From contig CAZPUN010000061.1 of assembly GCA_964589775.1 (NCBI GenBank), positions 1 through 28,322 of the forward strand: a DNA stretch of 28,322 bases, written 5' to 3'. Position numbers and translations under genes: made by a program. Position 1 is the stretch's first letter; every line of letters begins with the position of its first letter. Origin of the DNA: an uncultured archaeon (GTDB taxonomy: Archaea; Asgardarchaeota; Thorarchaeia; Thorarchaeales; CAZPUN01). Below the pieces are notes generated by a model. The model was not told the DNA's origin, did not search any database, and saw only the letters and a list, made by a program, of their open reading frames with translations. This document shows positions 26,537 through 28,322 of the stretch, in pieces.

Positions 26537-28084
26537 TTATTTCTTGAAGAGTTTTGCTTTTGAAACGCGTCTAGCTTTCATGCCTTGAGCAACTTGCTCG
26601 TCACGCATTTGTTTTGCTTCTTCAAATTCTTTTTCGGTATTTTCGATTATTTCGATTGCGTCTCGAAATGCTTGAGCGTTCTCTGCATTGATTTGTGCGG
26701 CAGCATTAAGAAGTTGTTGCGCTTGCTTAATTACAGCTTTTCGTCTCTTTTCTTCTCCTCGGTATTCATGTTCTCCAGCCTTCTGCACGACAAAGGTAGT
26801 TGTGATTTCTGCATCTAATGATTCTAAGATTTCATCTTCTTTAGACGTAACATCTACCTCTGTACTTAGCACCCGAACCTTTTTCGCACCTTTGCTATCC
26901 ACATATTCCATTTGAATTTGAATAGGTACTTTCTTTCTCTTTATTTCAGTTTTCGGCTTAACTGCAAGCATTAACTCGCGGCCTTCTGTCATCATTCCAA
27001 TTTTTGCTGAATGTTTGGTTTTGAGATCTTCAATGATCTTATCGGAAATTCCACTGGCATCCGATATTTTTATCTCGGGTGGTGCAATTATTCGGATCTT
27101 AACATCACGTCCGATTATTCGTTTTCCGTATGCTTCACCCATGGATGCTTCAATTTCGGAAATGTCCGGATATAGTATATCTCCCTCAGTTATCTCTGCA
27201 AGAACTCCAATCTTATCGAGCCCAATTTCGCCATGGCTACGAACTCCAATAACGTCTACAATCATTCCCATATTCTTTAGCTTTGTCGCCATTTCTTTAT
27301 AGAATTTCTCCTGACTTGGATACGCATCTAAACTTCCAATGCCTACGTTTGCCATTCCATCAGTCAAAAGTAAGAGACGCCCACCCTCGTGCTTCTTAAG
27401 TATTGTAAATCCTGTCACAACCGCAGGACCTAAGGCTGTAGAACCCATCTCCCTTAAATTGAATACGTAGGTTTTTAAATTTTCAGCAACTTCGGAAATT
27501 CGTTCTGGCTTGATACGCTCGAGAATCTTTAATACCTGTTCTCCAATCCTAGTCTCGTCTTCTAGGTCTTCCGAAATTTTGTAAAACTCTCCACTAATTG
27601 GATCCACTATATATACGCTCGTCTCGAATGGCACTAAATAAAAATACGTGTCCGGAGTGGTTTTCACTATGCTGTTTATTGACTTTATTAGACTTTCTTT
27701 CACAGCCTTTAACTTTGCTCCTCCCATCGAACCACTTATATCAATGAGCGCAACTATTGTTTCTGCACTATGCTTGATATACTCTGTTTTCTGCTCTTTT
27801 GCTTCTGAAATCAAAATATCACTGTCGGGTTCCACTATCTGGGCATCCTTCGGTATGATGTTTGTAGTTCCACAATATGGACATTTATAATATCTGCCAA
27901 TCTCCCCCGTCTCTATCAATCCCGGATTATCTAAATATGCTCCGCATTTGCTACATACTATTACATTTCCAGTTATCACTTTGCGAGTCTCGGAAAGACT
28001 ATCCATCTCTATGTCTAAAAGAAATGGTACCCTTTCCGCTAATCTTGGACTACTTGGCATTTTATCCGAAGACCTTCTTAACAA
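26537..28084 (-). CDS. Sec23/Sec24-like protein: zinc finger, vWA trunk, beta-sandwich, helical tail
   Basis: CSKCGAYL...YKCPYCGTTN; ALIDISGSM, STALGPA, RLLLLTDGMANVGIG, FYKEMA, LAEITEG, IQIQMEYVDSKGAKKVRV. TTG start with GGGAGAGG RBS (alternative ATG28060). Confidence 0.8.
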   Translation of the reverse strand: MLRRSSDKMPSSPRLAERVPFLLDIEMDSLSETRKVITGNVIVCSKCGAYLDNPGLIETGEIGRYYKCPYCGTTNIIPKDAQIVEPDSDILISEAKEQKTEYIKHSAETIVALIDISGSMGGAKLKAVKESLIKSINSIVKTTPDTYFYLVPFETSVYIVDPISGEFYKISEDLEDETRIGEQVLKILERIKPERISEVAENLKTYVFNLREMGSTALGPAVVTGFTILKKHEGGRLLLLTDGMANVGIGSLDAYPSQEKFYKEMATKLKNMGMIVDVIGVRSHGEIGLDKIGVLAEITEGDILYPDISEIEASMGEAYGKRIIGRDVKIRIIAPPEIKISDASGISDKIIEDLKTKHSAKIGMMTEGRELMLAVKPKTEIKRKKVPIQIQMEYVDSKGAKKVRVLSTEVDVTSKEDEILESLDAEITTTFVVQKAGEHEYRGEEKRRKAVIKQAQQLLNAAAQINAENAQAFRDAIEIIENTEKEFEEAKQMRDEQVAQGMKARRVSKAKLFKK

Positions 28085-28322
28085 ATTTAACCTCTCCCTA
28101 TTTGTGTCTTATATTTGCATGTTTGAATTTAAATCTATGTACTTTTGAACCTTCCCTTTTTCAAATATTTCTTGTCCTAAAATGTATATATTTTTTCTTC
28201 CAACCCATCATTCGTCTGATAACTCATTTTTCACAAATAAGCGTTGTATGTGAACTAATATGCGTGGGTTCCGCAGAAACCCTGACCCCCAACTTGCTTC
28301 ACTACAATAGTCTGATTTTAAC

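Overview
AT-rich archaeal chromosomal window. Supporting signs are BRE/TATA-type promoters, GGAGG/GGTGA ribosome-binding sites and oligo-T terminators. The gene content points to an Asgard-type archaeon (inference): a divergent Ras/MglA-like GTPase, a 7TM protein fused to a longin-like domain, and a Sec23/24-like zinc-finger-vWA protein. The core is a tightly coupled purine operon (purC-purS-purQ-purL-purF-purD) plus an SDR, a PmbA/TldE subunit, a CruF-like protein, homoserine dehydrogenase, two DUF998 paralogs, two TauE exporters, an ArsR regulator and a solitary N6-adenine methyltransferase. The most unusual items are: (i) a coupled pair of membrane proteins sharing a paralogous beta-sandwich domain, one fused to an ECF S-component-like domain; (ii) a decayed region (~22.55-23.3 kb) holding a 50-nt IS608-like single-hairpin mini-element and an opposite-facing tnpB tail/omega-RNA remnant; (iii) a perfect 37-bp duplication flanking a 36-nt insert at the 3' end of a DUF998 gene, with CRISPR-like geometry; (iv) a six-repeat beta-flower-like protein. 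All calls come from reading motifs by eye; no searches were run.
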